A DNA stretch of 59,722 nucleotides, filler included. It is 9 parts of 9 records of this genome, joined end to end, with 100 filler letters (N's around TTAATTAATTAA, not from the genome) between each part and the next. Parts side by side here need not be neighbours in the genome. Positions count along the whole stretch, not along the records: positions 38,601 to 44,289 come from SRR31156797_58759; positions 44,390 to 49,391 come from SRR31156797_58781; positions 49,492 to 59,722 come from SRR31156797_58812; 6 more parts are not named here. One strand, given 5' to 3'. The notes under the pieces were generated by a model. It worked only from the letters and a program-made list of their open reading frames with translations, did not search any database and was not told the DNA's origin. This document shows, piece after piece, positions 39,236-49,661 of this stretch (positions are counted from its first letter, which is position 1; every line of letters starts with the position of its first letter). A program made the position numbers and the translations under genes.

Positions 39236-39904
39236 ATGACTGGCGAAAAAGCGTTAATTGTATTTTCTGGAGGACAGGATTCAACAACCTGTCTGTTTTG
39301 GGCAAAAAAGAATTTCCCGGATGTATTTGCCGTGGCATTTGATTACGGTCAGCGCCACAGTGCTGAATTAGAATCGGCCCGTTGTATTGCTGAAAAAGCA
39401 AATGTTCCCCTGCATATTTTTAAAATGGATCTGATTTCTCAACTGGTTGAAAATTCCCTTACCAATAAAAAACTTAATGTGGAAAAAGTAAAACCAGATG
39501 AACGACCTCCAAATACTTTGGTTGAAGGTAGAAATATGCTCTTTTTAACCTATGCCGCTATTTTTGCCAAATCAAACAACATCCATCATTTAGTAACAGG
39601 AGTTGGAGAAGCCGATTTTAGTGGATACCCCGACTGCAGGAACGACTTTATAGTTTCGCTCAATCAAACCCTGAACCTCTCGATGGATTTTACGTATTCA
39701 ATTCACACACCGTTGATGTGGAAAAATAAAAGCCAGATATGGCAACTCGCCGACGAACTGGGAGTTTTTGAAATCGTAAAAAATGAAACATTAACATGTT
39801 ATAACGGTATTAAAGGTTCAGGGTGCAGAGAATGTCCGGCCTGCCATTTGCGAAATAAAGGATTAAAAAACTATCTCAAACAAAAAAACAATGAGCGAAC
39901 TTAA
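39236..39904 (+). CDS. queC: 7-cyano-7-deazaguanine synthase
   Basis: [22 protein letters not shown] and TCY.G..G.GC.ECPAC.LR. Confidence 0.97.
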   Translation: MTGEKALIVFSGGQDSTTCLFWAKKNFPDVFAVAFDYGQRHSAELESARCIAEKANVPLHIFKMDLISQLVENSLTNKKLNVEKVKPDERPPNTLVEGRNMLFLTYAAIFAKSNNIHHLVTGVGEADFSGYPDCRNDFIVSLNQTLNLSMDFTYSIHTPLMWKNKSQIWQLADELGVFEIVKNETLTCYNGIKGSGCRECPACHLRNKGLKNYLKQKNNERT

Positions 39905-40361
39905 AAACCTGGGCAACGCAACAAATTATCATTTTGAATATCAACCCACCATATTAGAGGCTTTCGACAATAAACATCCGGAGAACGATTATTTTGTAAA
40001 ATTCAATTGCCCTGAATTCACGAGCCTCTGCCCCATTACCGGGCAACCCGATTTTGCCACCATTTATTTAAGTTACATTCCCGACAATAAACTGGTAGAA
40101 AGTAAAAGCCTGAAATTATACCTGTTTAGTTTCAGAAATCATGGAGCTTTTCATGAAGATTGCATCAACATTATAATGAAAGATCTTATTGCCTTAATGA
40201 ATCCAAAATATATTGAAGTTTGGGGCAAATTTCTGCCACGTGGCGGATTAAGCATAGATCCTTATTCAAACTATGGAAAAGCAGGAACAAAATTCGAAGA
40301 GATGGCCTGGCAAAGATTACAAAACCACGATTTAAATCCGGAAAATATTGATAACAGGTAA
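39891..40361 (+). CDS. queF: preQ0 reductase, type I
   Basis: [36 protein letters not shown] and PRGG. Confidence 0.97.
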   Translation: MSELKNLGNATNYHFEYQPTILEAFDNKHPENDYFVKFNCPEFTSLCPITGQPDFATIYLSYIPDNKLVESKSLKLYLFSFRNHGAFHEDCINIIMKDLIALMNPKYIEVWGKFLPRGGLSIDPYSNYGKAGTKFEEMAWQRLQNHDLNPENIDNR

Positions 40362-40443
40362 TATAAAATGATTTTGCTTTTCAACTGCTTTGCTCATTTA
40401 TCTGGTTTGTTTTATATTGCTTCATCAATTCTGAACAACAAAC

Positions 40444-41376
40444 ATGAAGATTGCCGTTATCGATCTGGGTACAAACACTTGTAATTTACTGATTGCAGAA
40501 GTGAATTCTTCGGAATTTTCAATTCTGCATCAAAGTAAACAGCTGGTAAAACTAGGCGATGGTAAAATTAAATCGAACGAAATAAGCAGCGAAGCCACGG
40601 AAAGAACCATCCAGTCTTTTCTGAAACATAAACAAATTATCGACAATTTTCAGGTTGACAAAGTACGATGTATTGCCACTTCTGCAGTGAGAACAGCAGA
40701 TAATAAAATTCAGTTTTTAGAAGAATTGGGGAATAAAACGGGCTGGATCATTAAAATTGTTTCAGGTGAAAAAGAAGCAGAATTAATTTTTAACGGTGTA
40801 TTACTGGCTGTTCATGAATTCGAAAAACCGACAATAATCCTTGATATTGGTGGGGGTAGCAACGAATTAATTCTTGCTGCAGATACCAAAATAGTGTGGA
40901 AAGAAAGTCGCCCCACAGGAATGGCGCGTATTACCAATCATTTTGAAATTTCAGATCCCATTCAGAAAGAGGAAATAAAAAAAATTGAAGACCACTATAA
41001 ATATGAACATAATACGGCTTTTCAAAAGAGTATTTCTAAAAATGTAAAAACATTAATTGGTTGTTCCGGTGCATTCGATACAGTTGCCGATGTTATCGAT
41101 CAGGTAAATCCGGGAGAAAAACAGCGAATAACACAGGAAATTTCAATCGAGCAGTTTTATTCAGTTTATGAAAAACTTATTCTTTCAACCCGAAAAGAAC
41201 GGCTCGAAATGACAGGCATGGACATGGTACGCGTTGATTTAATTGTACCGGCTGTAATTCTTATAGAACAATTAATTTCAGCAATAGGTATCCAAAAGAT
41301 AATTCAAACCGATTTTGCGTTGCGCGAAGGTGTCCTATTTGAAATTTTAAACCCGGTAAAGATTCAGACAAATTAG
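40444..41376 (+). CDS. ppx: Ppx/GppA-family exopolyphosphatase
   Basis: AVIDLGTNT, ATSAVR, SGEKEA, DIGGGSNE and LREG. Confidence 0.9.
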   Translation: MKIAVIDLGTNTCNLLIAEVNSSEFSILHQSKQLVKLGDGKIKSNEISSEATERTIQSFLKHKQIIDNFQVDKVRCIATSAVRTADNKIQFLEELGNKTGWIIKIVSGEKEAELIFNGVLLAVHEFEKPTIILDIGGGSNELILAADTKIVWKESRPTGMARITNHFEISDPIQKEEIKKIEDHYKYEHNTAFQKSISKNVKTLIGCSGAFDTVADVIDQVNPGEKQRITQEISIEQFYSVYEKLILSTRKERLEMTGMDMVRVDLIVPAVILIEQLISAIGIQKIIQTDFALREGVLFEILNPVKIQTN

Positions 41377-41381
41377 ATATT

Positions 41382-42242
41382 TTATCCCCGAAATAAACTA
41401 TCTGCTACCAAAAAAATCATCATAAACAAATACAGAAAATTAAGCTTATAAAAGGCAGGTCTTACTTTAAATTCATCCTGAATAAATACTGCCATTGATA
41501 AAGAAGACAGCAAATAAAAAACATAAAACAGTAAAACGAACATAATTAGCTTGCTTGTAAAAACAAAGAATATTAATAACAATGCCGATGCAATTGTGGT
41601 AAGCACCCAGGTATATGTTATACGTTTAATCTGATTTTCAGTAAATATCTGGTTTAGACTGGGTAATCCGGCAAGTTTATATTGGTCGCCAAACATTAAA
41701 AGCAATAACCAGAAATGCGGAATTTGCCCAATAAAAAAGAAAGCAGCTACCAACAAAATTATTTCCGACGATAAGTTCCCTCCTGCTCCTGCCCAGCCAA
41801 TCATTGGAGGCAGCGCTCCTACCATCGAACCGGGAATCACCGCAAAAGCAGTAACTTTTTTCAAAGGAGTATAAACCAGATTATAAAAGATTAATGTAAT
41901 CCAGCTTAGAATTAATGCAATAGCCGGTGCAGAGGAAATAAGAATTACCGATCCAACTGCTGCATAACCAATTGCTACGGCGAGTCCTCCTGCAGGACTT
42001 ATTTTCCCCGATGGTAAAGGCCGGTTTTGGGTTCGTGGCATTTTAGCATCAATTTCACGCTCCTGCAAGTGATTAAATGCACTCGAGCTGCACGACATAA
42101 AAAATACACCCATTGTAATAAGCCAGCCTGTTCCATCCAAATTCCCTGTAAACAAAGCATAGCCAGTTAAGGTTGACAAAGCAACAGATACCGAAATCCG
42201 AACTTTTCCCAGCTCAAGTAATATTTTATAGAATGATTTCAA
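41382..42242 (-). CDS. ctaB: Protoheme IX farnesyltransferase
   Basis: D.KMPRT.NRPLPSG, YTPLKK, GALPP.IGW and QIPHF. Confidence 0.93.
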   Translation of the reverse strand: MKSFYKILLELGKVRISVSVALSTLTGYALFTGNLDGTGWLITMGVFFMSCSSSAFNHLQEREIDAKMPRTQNRPLPSGKISPAGGLAVAIGYAAVGSVILISSAPAIALILSWITLIFYNLVYTPLKKVTAFAVIPGSMVGALPPMIGWAGAGGNLSSEIILLVAAFFFIGQIPHFWLLLLMFGDQYKLAGLPSLNQIFTENQIKRITYTWVLTTIASALLLIFFVFTSKLIMFVLLFYVFYLLSSLSMAVFIQDEFKVRPAFYKLNFLYLFMMIFLVADSLFRG

Positions 42243-42373
42243 AATTCTAACTGATTTTTATTATGCGATTTGCTGTTCCTGCAATTCTGAGAGTCTCTAA
42301 TTTTCTATTTTCCAAATCCCTGAAACTAAACAACTAATCTATTCTTTCCAAACCCCAATTTTATCCTTCTTGC

Positions 42374-43321
42374 TTATTTCACCGTTTTCAGGTATTCAAT
42401 AATATTGGTGATGTCATCGTCTGAAAGCTGTCCTTCATACGAAAGCATCAGACCTTTTCCATACCCCTCCACCACATCGGCATTAGGATCATAAATTGAT
42501 TTCCGAATGTACTCTTCATCAACTGTTACTTGCCGTTCTTCCCTGCCTGTTGTAACAGTATGCGTTGCTCCCCAAGCTCCTTTAAAACTAGGGCCAACCA
42601 ATTTTGAGCCATCAAGAGAATGACATGCAAAACAACCTATATTCTGCATAATTCTTCGGCCTGTAGCAGTTGGCGATTCAATTTCTTCTGCCGTTGCCAC
42701 CATTGTAGTATCTGTCAGCCAGTTTGTGAAAGCAGAATCTTCCATCACCTTAACATAAGTATACATGTATGAATGCTGCAGTCCGCAATATTCAGCACAA
42801 TACAATTCGTATGTTCCTTCCTTTTGGGGCTCAAACCACATAAAATTATCTTCTTTCCCGGGAACCATATCTTGTTTTACCCGAAAAGCAGGTATGTACA
42901 AACTGTGCAATACATCCATGGCAACCAGATTTAATTTTACCGGCTGATCCTTTGGAAGGTATAAAGTGTCGGTTCTTTTCCCGTTGTCATATTCAAAACT
43001 AAAATTCCACATTCTTCCGTAAACGGTAACTTCCATGGCATCTTTTGGTGGCTTGGTCATTGGTTTCCAGCCTGCCCATCCGTAATAAAACATAACCATG
43101 GTTAAAATGAAAGGAACAACTGTCCAAACAATTTCAAGCTTTACGCTACCTTCAATCTGAGTTGCTTTTGGATTTCTTTTCTTATTATACTTATAAATAA
43201 AAATCAGCATCACAACCGTTAATCCAATCAGAAATGCAAAAGAAATCCCGAGGATTACCAAAAATGCCGTATCAACCCCCTGAACAAAATTCGATGCCCG
43301 TGTTACTTCTGAACTATACAT
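42374..43321 (-). CDS. coxB: Cytochrome c oxidase subunit II with fused cytochrome c (caa3-type)
   Basis: LEIVWT, DVLHS, CuA site CAEYCGLQHSYM and C-terminal heme c motif CFACH. Confidence 0.95.
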   Translation of the reverse strand: MYSSEVTRASNFVQGVDTAFLVILGISFAFLIGLTVVMLIFIYKYNKKRNPKATQIEGSVKLEIVWTVVPFILTMVMFYYGWAGWKPMTKPPKDAMEVTVYGRMWNFSFEYDNGKRTDTLYLPKDQPVKLNLVAMDVLHSLYIPAFRVKQDMVPGKEDNFMWFEPQKEGTYELYCAEYCGLQHSYMYTYVKVMEDSAFTNWLTDTTMVATAEEIESPTATGRRIMQNIGCFACHSLDGSKLVGPSFKGAWGATHTVTTGREERQVTVDEEYIRKSIYDPNADVVEGYGKGLMLSYEGQLSDDDITNIIEYLKTVK

Positions 43322-43331
43322 ATTTTTTATT

Positions 43332-43616
43332 CTATCGGTATAAGTAATCTAAAAATGTAATTATAATTACAACCACAAAAATGGCAAATACAAAACCCAC
43401 CATAATTTTAATATACGGTTTGTCGTATTTCAGGTGCATAAAATAAGTTAATACAAAGTATGATTTCACAACCGCAAAAAGCAATGCACCTGCAACGGTA
43501 AATTTCCCCAGTTCAATGCTTGTAATTCCTATTGAGGCAAATGTTAATATTAACAAAGCCACTAATATGATAATATAAACTCTATAAGGTACGATATGAT
43601 GTTTTTCGTTTGACAT
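43332..43616 (-). CDS. Cytochrome c oxidase subunit IV family protein
   Basis: Three TM segments and the K..FV..YFMHLKY motif. Confidence 0.88.
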   Translation of the reverse strand: MSNEKHHIVPYRVYIIILVALLILTFASIGITSIELGKFTVAGALLFAVVKSYFVLTYFMHLKYDKPYIKIMVGFVFAIFVVVIIITFLDYLYR

Positions 43617-43628
43617 ATTCAGCGTTTA

Positions 43629-44249
43629 TCAGGTTATTAAATAAAATAGCGGAAAAAGGAAAATCCAGATTACATCTACAAGGTGCCAGTACAATCCGGC
43701 GTTATCCAGCAATGCTGTCCGGTTTTCATGAACGGTGCCTTTTGATACACGTACCAGTGCCACAACAATAATTACCAAACCAATAATAATATGCAATGCG
43801 TGTAATCCTGTCATAATAAAATAGAGTCCAAAAAACAGAATTTCTCCCTGACTCATTGTTTCTATCATGTGTTCAGACCCCGGCCATATTCCATGACTAA
43901 ATTTTGTTCCCCATTCAAAATATTTATTGACAAGAAAAACAACACCTAATATAATGGTAATACTTCCTAACAAAAGTGTAAGCTTTTTATTCTTTTTTAG
44001 TAATGAAGTGGTTGCCATAGCAATGGTCATACTACTGATTAACAGTAAAACCGTATTTAATGTACCAATAAATGTATCCAGTTCTTCAGCCGCCAAATGA
44101 AAGGCTTCAGGATTCATAAACCGGTATACTGAATAAACAATAAACAATCCGCCAAACAACAATAATTCGGTAAAAATAAACAACCACATACCAATTTTAG
44201 ATGCTTCAGCATCGTAGTGGTCGTGAACGATTTGTGTTGATTTTTCCAT
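43629..44249 (-). CDS. coxC: Cytochrome c oxidase subunit III
   Basis: GMWLFIFTELLLFGGLF, TGLHALH and GLYWHLVDVIWIFLFPLFY. Confidence 0.95.
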   Translation of the reverse strand: MEKSTQIVHDHYDAEASKIGMWLFIFTELLLFGGLFIVYSVYRFMNPEAFHLAAEELDTFIGTLNTVLLLISSMTIAMATTSLLKKNKKLTLLLGSITIILGVVFLVNKYFEWGTKFSHGIWPGSEHMIETMSQGEILFFGLYFIMTGLHALHIIIGLVIIVVALVRVSKGTVHENRTALLDNAGLYWHLVDVIWIFLFPLFYLIT

Positions 44250-44260
44250 AATTGGGTTGG

Positions 44261-44289
44261 TTATTTGTAATTGTAAGGTCCGTCTTTTT
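44261..44289 (-). CDS. Extreme C-terminus of probable cytochrome c oxidase subunit I
   Basis: ...KDGPYNYK* directly upstream of subunit III; only 8 codons are visible. Confidence 0.55.
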
Positions 44290-44389
44290 NNNNNNNNNNN
44301 NNNNNNNNNNNNNNNNNNNNNNNNNNNNNNNNNTTAATTAATTAANNNNNNNNNNNNNNNNNNNNNNNNNNNNNNNNNNNNNNNNNNNN
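44290..44389. other. Artificial contig spacer
   Basis: N44-TTAATTAATTAA-N44. Confidence 0.99.
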
Positions 44390-44652
44390 GTATTTTCCGA
44401 CCGAGCCCTGTATTTCCTTCAGGATTTTTACCATTCCAATGCCCCATCACATTGTGATTTCCTGGTTTCAACTTTGTTCCAATAATCTTCGTATCAAAGG
44501 GTATCCGTTTGGATGCAGGGATAAACTGCCCTCTGTCAGGCCTCAATAAGGACCTTATGGAACAAATTTCCAATGTAATCGATTTCAAAAATCGTATTTA
44601 TTAGTAAACAACTCTTTCAATATGACTGATTCCATGCTATTTTTCTACTAGC

Positions 44653-45003
44653 ATGGAGTACAGGTCAATCACATATGACAATTTTTCTCAAGAGACTTTA
44701 GGTCTCAGCAAACAGCCTCTCAAAGCCATACTGGAAACGATCAGATCCGGCATATTCCCCGGCTCCCAGCTTTACCTCTATTACAAGATGAATCATACCA
44801 CAAACGCTTCGATCGACAGCGCAGAGTTTATTACTGACACCGCTTTTATCTATAAATACCGCATGCAGAGAGAGGAGAACACAGAAAAGCTCCTGGAGAA
44901 ACATTTCCACGATTCACTGCATATAGACAACGTCTACATGATCATCAGAAAAGCCTGGGAAATACTGAAAGACTCGGAAGCCTCAATCCATCACTATCTC
45001 TGA
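44653..45003 (+). CDS. Hypothetical protein (116 aa)
   Basis: The only sizeable ORF filling the gap, convergent on the HEAT gene; no motif recognised. Confidence 0.55.
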   Translation: MEYRSITYDNFSQETLGLSKQPLKAILETIRSGIFPGSQLYLYYKMNHTTNASIDSAEFITDTAFIYKYRMQREENTEKLLEKHFHDSLHIDNVYMIIRKAWEILKDSEASIHHYL

Positions 45004-45013
45004 TCGAAGGGAT

Positions 45014-46837
45014 TCATAGATTCTCAGGATTCGCCGATCTGGCAGTCGGCAGGGTTCTGAAATAGTCATATTCCCGGACAATGGCCTCGATATCCATTGA
45101 ATAACGCAGAAAAACAAACATGGCCAGATTCTTCACATCCGGAGAAAGAGCTCTCCATCCGACCGTCAGGGCCTTACGGCTTTCTATATAGGAACGAACC
45201 TGATTCACATCGTTCATACCGGCACGGCGACCGGCTTCGAGGGCGACGATCCGGGCATTGTCAGCCGCCCTGTCAAACTGGGCGGACGTCTCCCTCAGCT
45301 GGCGGGATTCTTTCAGCCATTCTTCCGTCCCCGACTCAAAGTAGCGGTGCATATAGCCGTATGAGTTCTGCCTGCTCAGCTCCGCGGAAATCATAGCCTG
45401 TTCCCAGGATCTGAAATAGTAGAGATAGGGATAGGATGTCTGATCGGCCTTGTCCCTGATCTCTTTGAAGCGCCTTGTATGAACCTCTATCTCATAGAGG
45501 TTCCTTAATGCCGCCACGACCCTCTCGGGCAGCTCAACGGCGTTCAGGTAGATCTGCACTTCAAGGCTGCTCAGGTTTTCAAAGAAGTAAAAGATCCGGT
45601 CGACAGGATACTGTCCCCTCTCGCGGTCATATACGAGTCCGGGCGCCCACTCCTCGACCAGAAGCAGTAGAGACTGATATTGGATCTGGGAGTTCGAATG
45701 ATCCAGGGCTTCGATCAGATAAGGGAAAGCTCTTTCCCTGAATGCGAGGATGCCCTCTACCGCAGCCAGACGGACCTGGATGGAATCGTGGGCAAAGGCC
45801 TGGATCAACGCGGGAACGGCCCTCTCGTCCTGATATCGCCTCAAAAGACCGATAGAGAGAAGGATGGGTGCTTCTTCCATCCCCTCCAGAGATAAGAGAA
45901 GTTCGGAGACCGCATCAGAGCCCTGTCTGAAGAGTATTTCAGCGGATTTACCAGAGATCTGGGGGTCGGGATCACTGAGCATATCCACCAGCACCGGAAT
46001 GCTGTCCGGCTCCAGGATACCGTCGATCAACTCAAGGACGCTCAGGCGAAGTTCCTTCGATTCGCCATAGCGCAGCACCTCGTGCAGGGCCGGTAGAGCA
46101 TCCCTGTCAAATTCGGATATCCCGAAGATAGCCGCCGTCCTCACCTCCGGAACGGGATCGAGGATATAGCCTATCATAAAGGGAATGATGTCGGGATTCC
46201 TGAAACGGGGAAGGGTTTCCACCACCGTCTGCCGGACAAGAGGATCGGGGCTGCTCAGGCGCTGCAGAAACCAGGGGTTCTCATACTCATTCAAAGCCGC
46301 GAACACACGGGAGGCCCTGGATCTGACGGTCTGCCGCCTGTCATCGAACAAGGTCAGAAGATAGATCGATTCCTCTCTGCTCTCCTTCTGCCTGATCAGG
46401 TCGATGGAAGAGTAGATGACCGGAGAGCTGGAGGAGTTCAGCCCCCGGAGCACGGCCTTATAAGACTCCTCCCAGTTCTCAAGGATAATGCGCACAGCCT
46501 CTGAAGAGATATCCTCTTCATCATCCTGTACGGCGGCCACAAGGGCGTCGTACACCCTGGGAGACAGGTTGGCCTCCATCAGCTTGACCACGGCCAGCCT
46601 GACCTGAGGATCGTCATTATCCAGAAGAGAGAGAAGAGAGGCCTCGTCGTCCTTCCGGATACTGAACAGCCGGTCCCTCTCGAGTATCTCCGCCAACAGC
46701 TCCTGCCGGTCGCTGCCCTCGGTCAGGCTCAAAGGATCCAGAACGGAGCAGGAGTGGAAAAGACCCGTGACGGCTGAGAGAAGGAGTAGAAAGGGGACTA
46801 GGGCTCTTCTGTTGATCTTTTCAATCTCCCGAAACAT
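45014..46837 (-). CDS. HEAT-repeat lipoprotein
   Basis: Lipobox LFHSC and repeated D.DP.VR..A units (DDPQVRLAVV, PDPLVRQTVV, PVPEVRTAAI, DSIQVRLAAV). Confidence 0.87.
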   Translation of the reverse strand: MFREIEKINRRALVPFLLLLSAVTGLFHSCSVLDPLSLTEGSDRQELLAEILERDRLFSIRKDDEASLLSLLDNDDPQVRLAVVKLMEANLSPRVYDALVAAVQDDEEDISSEAVRIILENWEESYKAVLRGLNSSSSPVIYSSIDLIRQKESREESIYLLTLFDDRRQTVRSRASRVFAALNEYENPWFLQRLSSPDPLVRQTVVETLPRFRNPDIIPFMIGYILDPVPEVRTAAIFGISEFDRDALPALHEVLRYGESKELRLSVLELIDGILEPDSIPVLVDMLSDPDPQISGKSAEILFRQGSDAVSELLLSLEGMEEAPILLSIGLLRRYQDERAVPALIQAFAHDSIQVRLAAVEGILAFRERAFPYLIEALDHSNSQIQYQSLLLLVEEWAPGLVYDRERGQYPVDRIFYFFENLSSLEVQIYLNAVELPERVVAALRNLYEIEVHTRRFKEIRDKADQTSYPYLYYFRSWEQAMISAELSRQNSYGYMHRYFESGTEEWLKESRQLRETSAQFDRAADNARIVALEAGRRAGMNDVNQVRSYIESRKALTVGWRALSPDVKNLAMFVFLRYSMDIEAIVREYDYFRTLPTARSANPENL

Positions 46838-46881
46838 AATGCAGTAGAATCTTATCTTCCTCCTCAAGGAGTGTACACCAC

Positions 46882-47742
46882 ATGAAAGGCATAATCGTCG
46901 CGGCAGGTTACGGAACCCGCTTTCTCCCTGTCACGAAAACGATCCCCAAGGAGATGCTGCCCCTTGTCAACAAACCGTCCATCTCTTTCATTATCGACGA
47001 GTTCATCGCATCCGGCATCAAAGATATTATCGTCATATCTTCCCGAAGAAAGAAAGTTTTGGAAGATTTTTTCGATCGGGAGATCGAACTGGAAAGGGTT
47101 TTCGAACAAGAGGGCGCCGAATCCAAGCTGGAAAGCATCCGGCCCGGGGACGCCCGCTTCTCCTTTATCCGGCAGACCGAGATGATGGGAACCGGCCATG
47201 CCCTGCTCCAGGCGGCTCCCCTTATCGGCGATGACGCCGCCATCGTCGCCTACCCCGACGACATCCATATGGGAGCGACTCCCCTGAGCGCCCAGCTTAT
47301 GAACAGCTATGAAGAGACGGGCTGCTCCGTCCTGGCCACCATCCATAATCCCCCCCATCTGGAACGCTACGGCGTCCTGGACCTGGCAGAGGACAAGCTG
47401 CATGTCAAAGGCATCATCGAAAAGCCTCCCGTAGGAACCGAACCGAGCAGGGAGGTTTCCATCGGCCGCTACCTCTATACGGCCGAGTTCTTCCGTTATC
47501 TGGAAGAGGGCTGGAAAAAACACACGGGCGGAGAATATTACCATATCTATGCCCTGCAGAAGCTGATGGACCAGGGCAGGGTCGTCTTCAGGGAAACCGA
47601 AGGAGAACGGCTGGACACCGGCGACCCCGCGGGGTTCCTCCGGGCCACCCTCCGCTACGCCATGCGGGATCCCGAGCTGAAAAAGATCATCCGGGAAGAG
47701 ACATCCTCTCTTGTGGCCGAGGCCCTGCCGGTCCTATCTTAA
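46882..47742 (+). CDS. galU: UTP-glucose-1-phosphate uridylyltransferase
   Basis: AAGYGTRFLPVTKTIPKEMLPLVNKP, RQ..M.GTGHA, IEKP, GRYL and DTG. Confidence 0.9.
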   Translation: MKGIIVAAGYGTRFLPVTKTIPKEMLPLVNKPSISFIIDEFIASGIKDIIVISSRRKKVLEDFFDREIELERVFEQEGAESKLESIRPGDARFSFIRQTEMMGTGHALLQAAPLIGDDAAIVAYPDDIHMGATPLSAQLMNSYEETGCSVLATIHNPPHLERYGVLDLAEDKLHVKGIIEKPPVGTEPSREVSIGRYLYTAEFFRYLEEGWKKHTGGEYYHIYALQKLMDQGRVVFRETEGERLDTGDPAGFLRATLRYAMRDPELKKIIREETSSLVAEALPVLS

Positions 47743-48110
47743 ACGGCGGAACTGAAGGTATAACGCTCCTGGGGGAAAAGCTGCCTCTTCCGCTCGGCGA
47801 TGGAGAGGATCAGCTCCCGGGAGGCGTTGTAAAAACGCTCCCCCGCTCCCTTGTAGGGACTGAGGAAGTTTTCCAGCTCTTCGGCCACCTTGTCCCCCTC
47901 AACAAAGGAGAGGTTCCAGGAGAAGATCAGAAAGAAGTAGAATAACTCCCTGTCTGTCAGGACTTCCGCAAAGGGCTCGCCCAGCTTGAGCAGAATGTCC
48001 CTGACCTCTTCCACATCCTTGAGCCGGGCCTTTCCGGCGGGGCTCTCTATATAAAACTGTCCTAAAATCTGATTGTCGATGCGTCTCTGCTTTTTGGCGG
48101 ACGATCCCAT
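47739..48110 (-). CDS. Hypothetical protein (123 aa)
   Basis: ORF 3 bp downstream of the GT2 gene and co-oriented with it. Confidence 0.65.
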   Translation of the reverse strand: MGSSAKKQRRIDNQILGQFYIESPAGKARLKDVEEVRDILLKLGEPFAEVLTDRELFYFFLIFSWNLSFVEGDKVAEELENFLSPYKGAGERFYNASRELILSIAERKRQLFPQERYTFSSAV

Positions 48111-48113
48111 ACG

Positions 48114-48992
48114 CTACACCTCTTCTGCTTTGATTTCATAGAATCCGGCCAGGTCCATAAACCCTCGGCCCTCTTCTTCCCTGCCCCGTTTCAGGCATCC
48201 CCGCCCGTAAACGGTGCATTTGCGGGCCAGTTCCCGGGCGGCCCTCGTCAAATGGTCGCCCTTGAAAAAATCCCTGTCCACAAGGTCCCTCAGCCCCTGG
48301 ATGCGGAAGATCTCGATCTGTCCGTACTTTTCCGAGAGCTGCTCCCCGTGCCCCGCACGCTTGACTGTCAAAGGCTCGTCCAGATAAGAGATCCTCTGAC
48401 CTGCGGTAAGACGCAGCCAGTACTCGTAGTCCTCGGCGATCTCCATATCGGGACGGAAGCCTCCGCTCTCCCTGTACAGGGAAGAGGCGATCATCACGGT
48501 GGAGGGTCCGATGATACACTTCTTGAGGGCGTCTGTGAAGAGATCCCCCGCCCTCCGGTGATCCATGCCCGCCTGGGAGATGATTTTCCCCGAACGGTTC
48601 CACTCCTCCCTTGTATGGCTGATAAGGGATTCGGGATGATCCTTATGAAGCTCATTATACTGGCGTTCCAGTTTTTCCGGCCACCACAGATCGTCGGAAT
48701 CCAGGAAGGCCAGAAACTCTCCGGAGGCCTCTGCGGCACAGCGGTTGCGGACCTCCCCGGGAAATCCGGAATGGTCCAGCTCCATAATACGCACAGACAC
48801 TCCCCTTTCCTTCTCCTCATCCGGGAGATAGCCTTTAAGGACGGAGAGGGTATGATCTTCTGAGCCGTCGTCGCCGATAATAAGCTCAAGGGGCCTGTAG
48901 CTCTGCTCCAGGACGGATTTGGCGGCCTCCAGGGTCTGATCGGGACGGTTGTAGGTGGGAATGATCGCTGTGATCAGGGGAAATCGGTCCAT
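48114..48992 (-). CDS. Family 2 glycosyltransferase
   Basis: IIPTYNR, DDGSED, FLDSDDLW.P.KL..Q and EDYE.WLR. Confidence 0.93.
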   Translation of the reverse strand: MDRFPLITAIIPTYNRPDQTLEAAKSVLEQSYRPLELIIGDDGSEDHTLSVLKGYLPDEEKERGVSVRIMELDHSGFPGEVRNRCAAEASGEFLAFLDSDDLWWPEKLERQYNELHKDHPESLISHTREEWNRSGKIISQAGMDHRRAGDLFTDALKKCIIGPSTVMIASSLYRESGGFRPDMEIAEDYEYWLRLTAGQRISYLDEPLTVKRAGHGEQLSEKYGQIEIFRIQGLRDLVDRDFFKGDHLTRAARELARKCTVYGRGCLKRGREEEGRGFMDLAGFYEIKAEEV

Positions 48993-49106
48993 GGCCCATT
49001 GTAACACAAAGGAAAGCGGACGGGACAGGCCGCCTGGGGAAGATAAAAACTCTCCGGCCAAGGGCATTATCTTGAGAAAAGCGACTATGAGAGGTATGTT
49101 ATAACC

Positions 49107-49391
49107 ATGAATAAAGCGTTACAGGTACTGGGATTCTCAGCGGCGGCCGCCCTCCTGGCTGCGGGATGCAGCTCCCCCAGCCTGTTCAATGAGTATAAAA
49201 ACGAAAGCTTTCTCACCACCGCCAGCCTCCGTGACGATGCCTGGCAGCTGATGCCCGACTACAGCTTCGAATCCGGTACCTCCGTGAGCGACTATATGGA
49301 TTTCAGCCTGGACAGCTCTTCGGGGGGCCCCAACGGCGGCCCCTCCTACCGTCTGGAGATCAAAAACCTGCTCGCAAACGGCGACTTCGAG
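49107..49391 (+). CDS. Lipoprotein, 3' truncated
   Basis: Lipobox LAAGC; ends KNLLANGDFE, a motif typical of the start of CBM-like beta-sandwich domains. Confidence 0.75.
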
Positions 49392-49491
49392 NNNNNNNNN
49401 NNNNNNNNNNNNNNNNNNNNNNNNNNNNNNNNNNNTTAATTAATTAANNNNNNNNNNNNNNNNNNNNNNNNNNNNNNNNNNNNNNNNNNNN
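49392..49491. other. Artificial contig spacer
   Basis: N44-TTAATTAATTAA-N44. Confidence 0.99.
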
Positions 49492-49661
49492 GTCGTCCCC
49501 GTCAGGAGCGCGACTTACACCTATGAACGGATTGCATCCACAAAAAAAAATCTCGTTTGGCTGGAAAACTCTTATCACAATGCAACAATAGATTATGATA
49601 AAGATATAATCTGCGAAATAAGCCTTGATTTTATCTCGGAACTGACAAGGGAGGAATGATA

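Noticed and set aside
42243-42373. Degenerate short repeats (CTATT..TTCCAAA.CCC twice) between coxB and ctaB
   Set aside because: They are too short and low-complexity to separate from chance in an AT-rich genome.
44390-44588. Truncated minus-strand ORF MKSITLEIC...
   Set aside because: It has a weak start, no recognisable motif and is cut by the spacer, so it cannot be supported.
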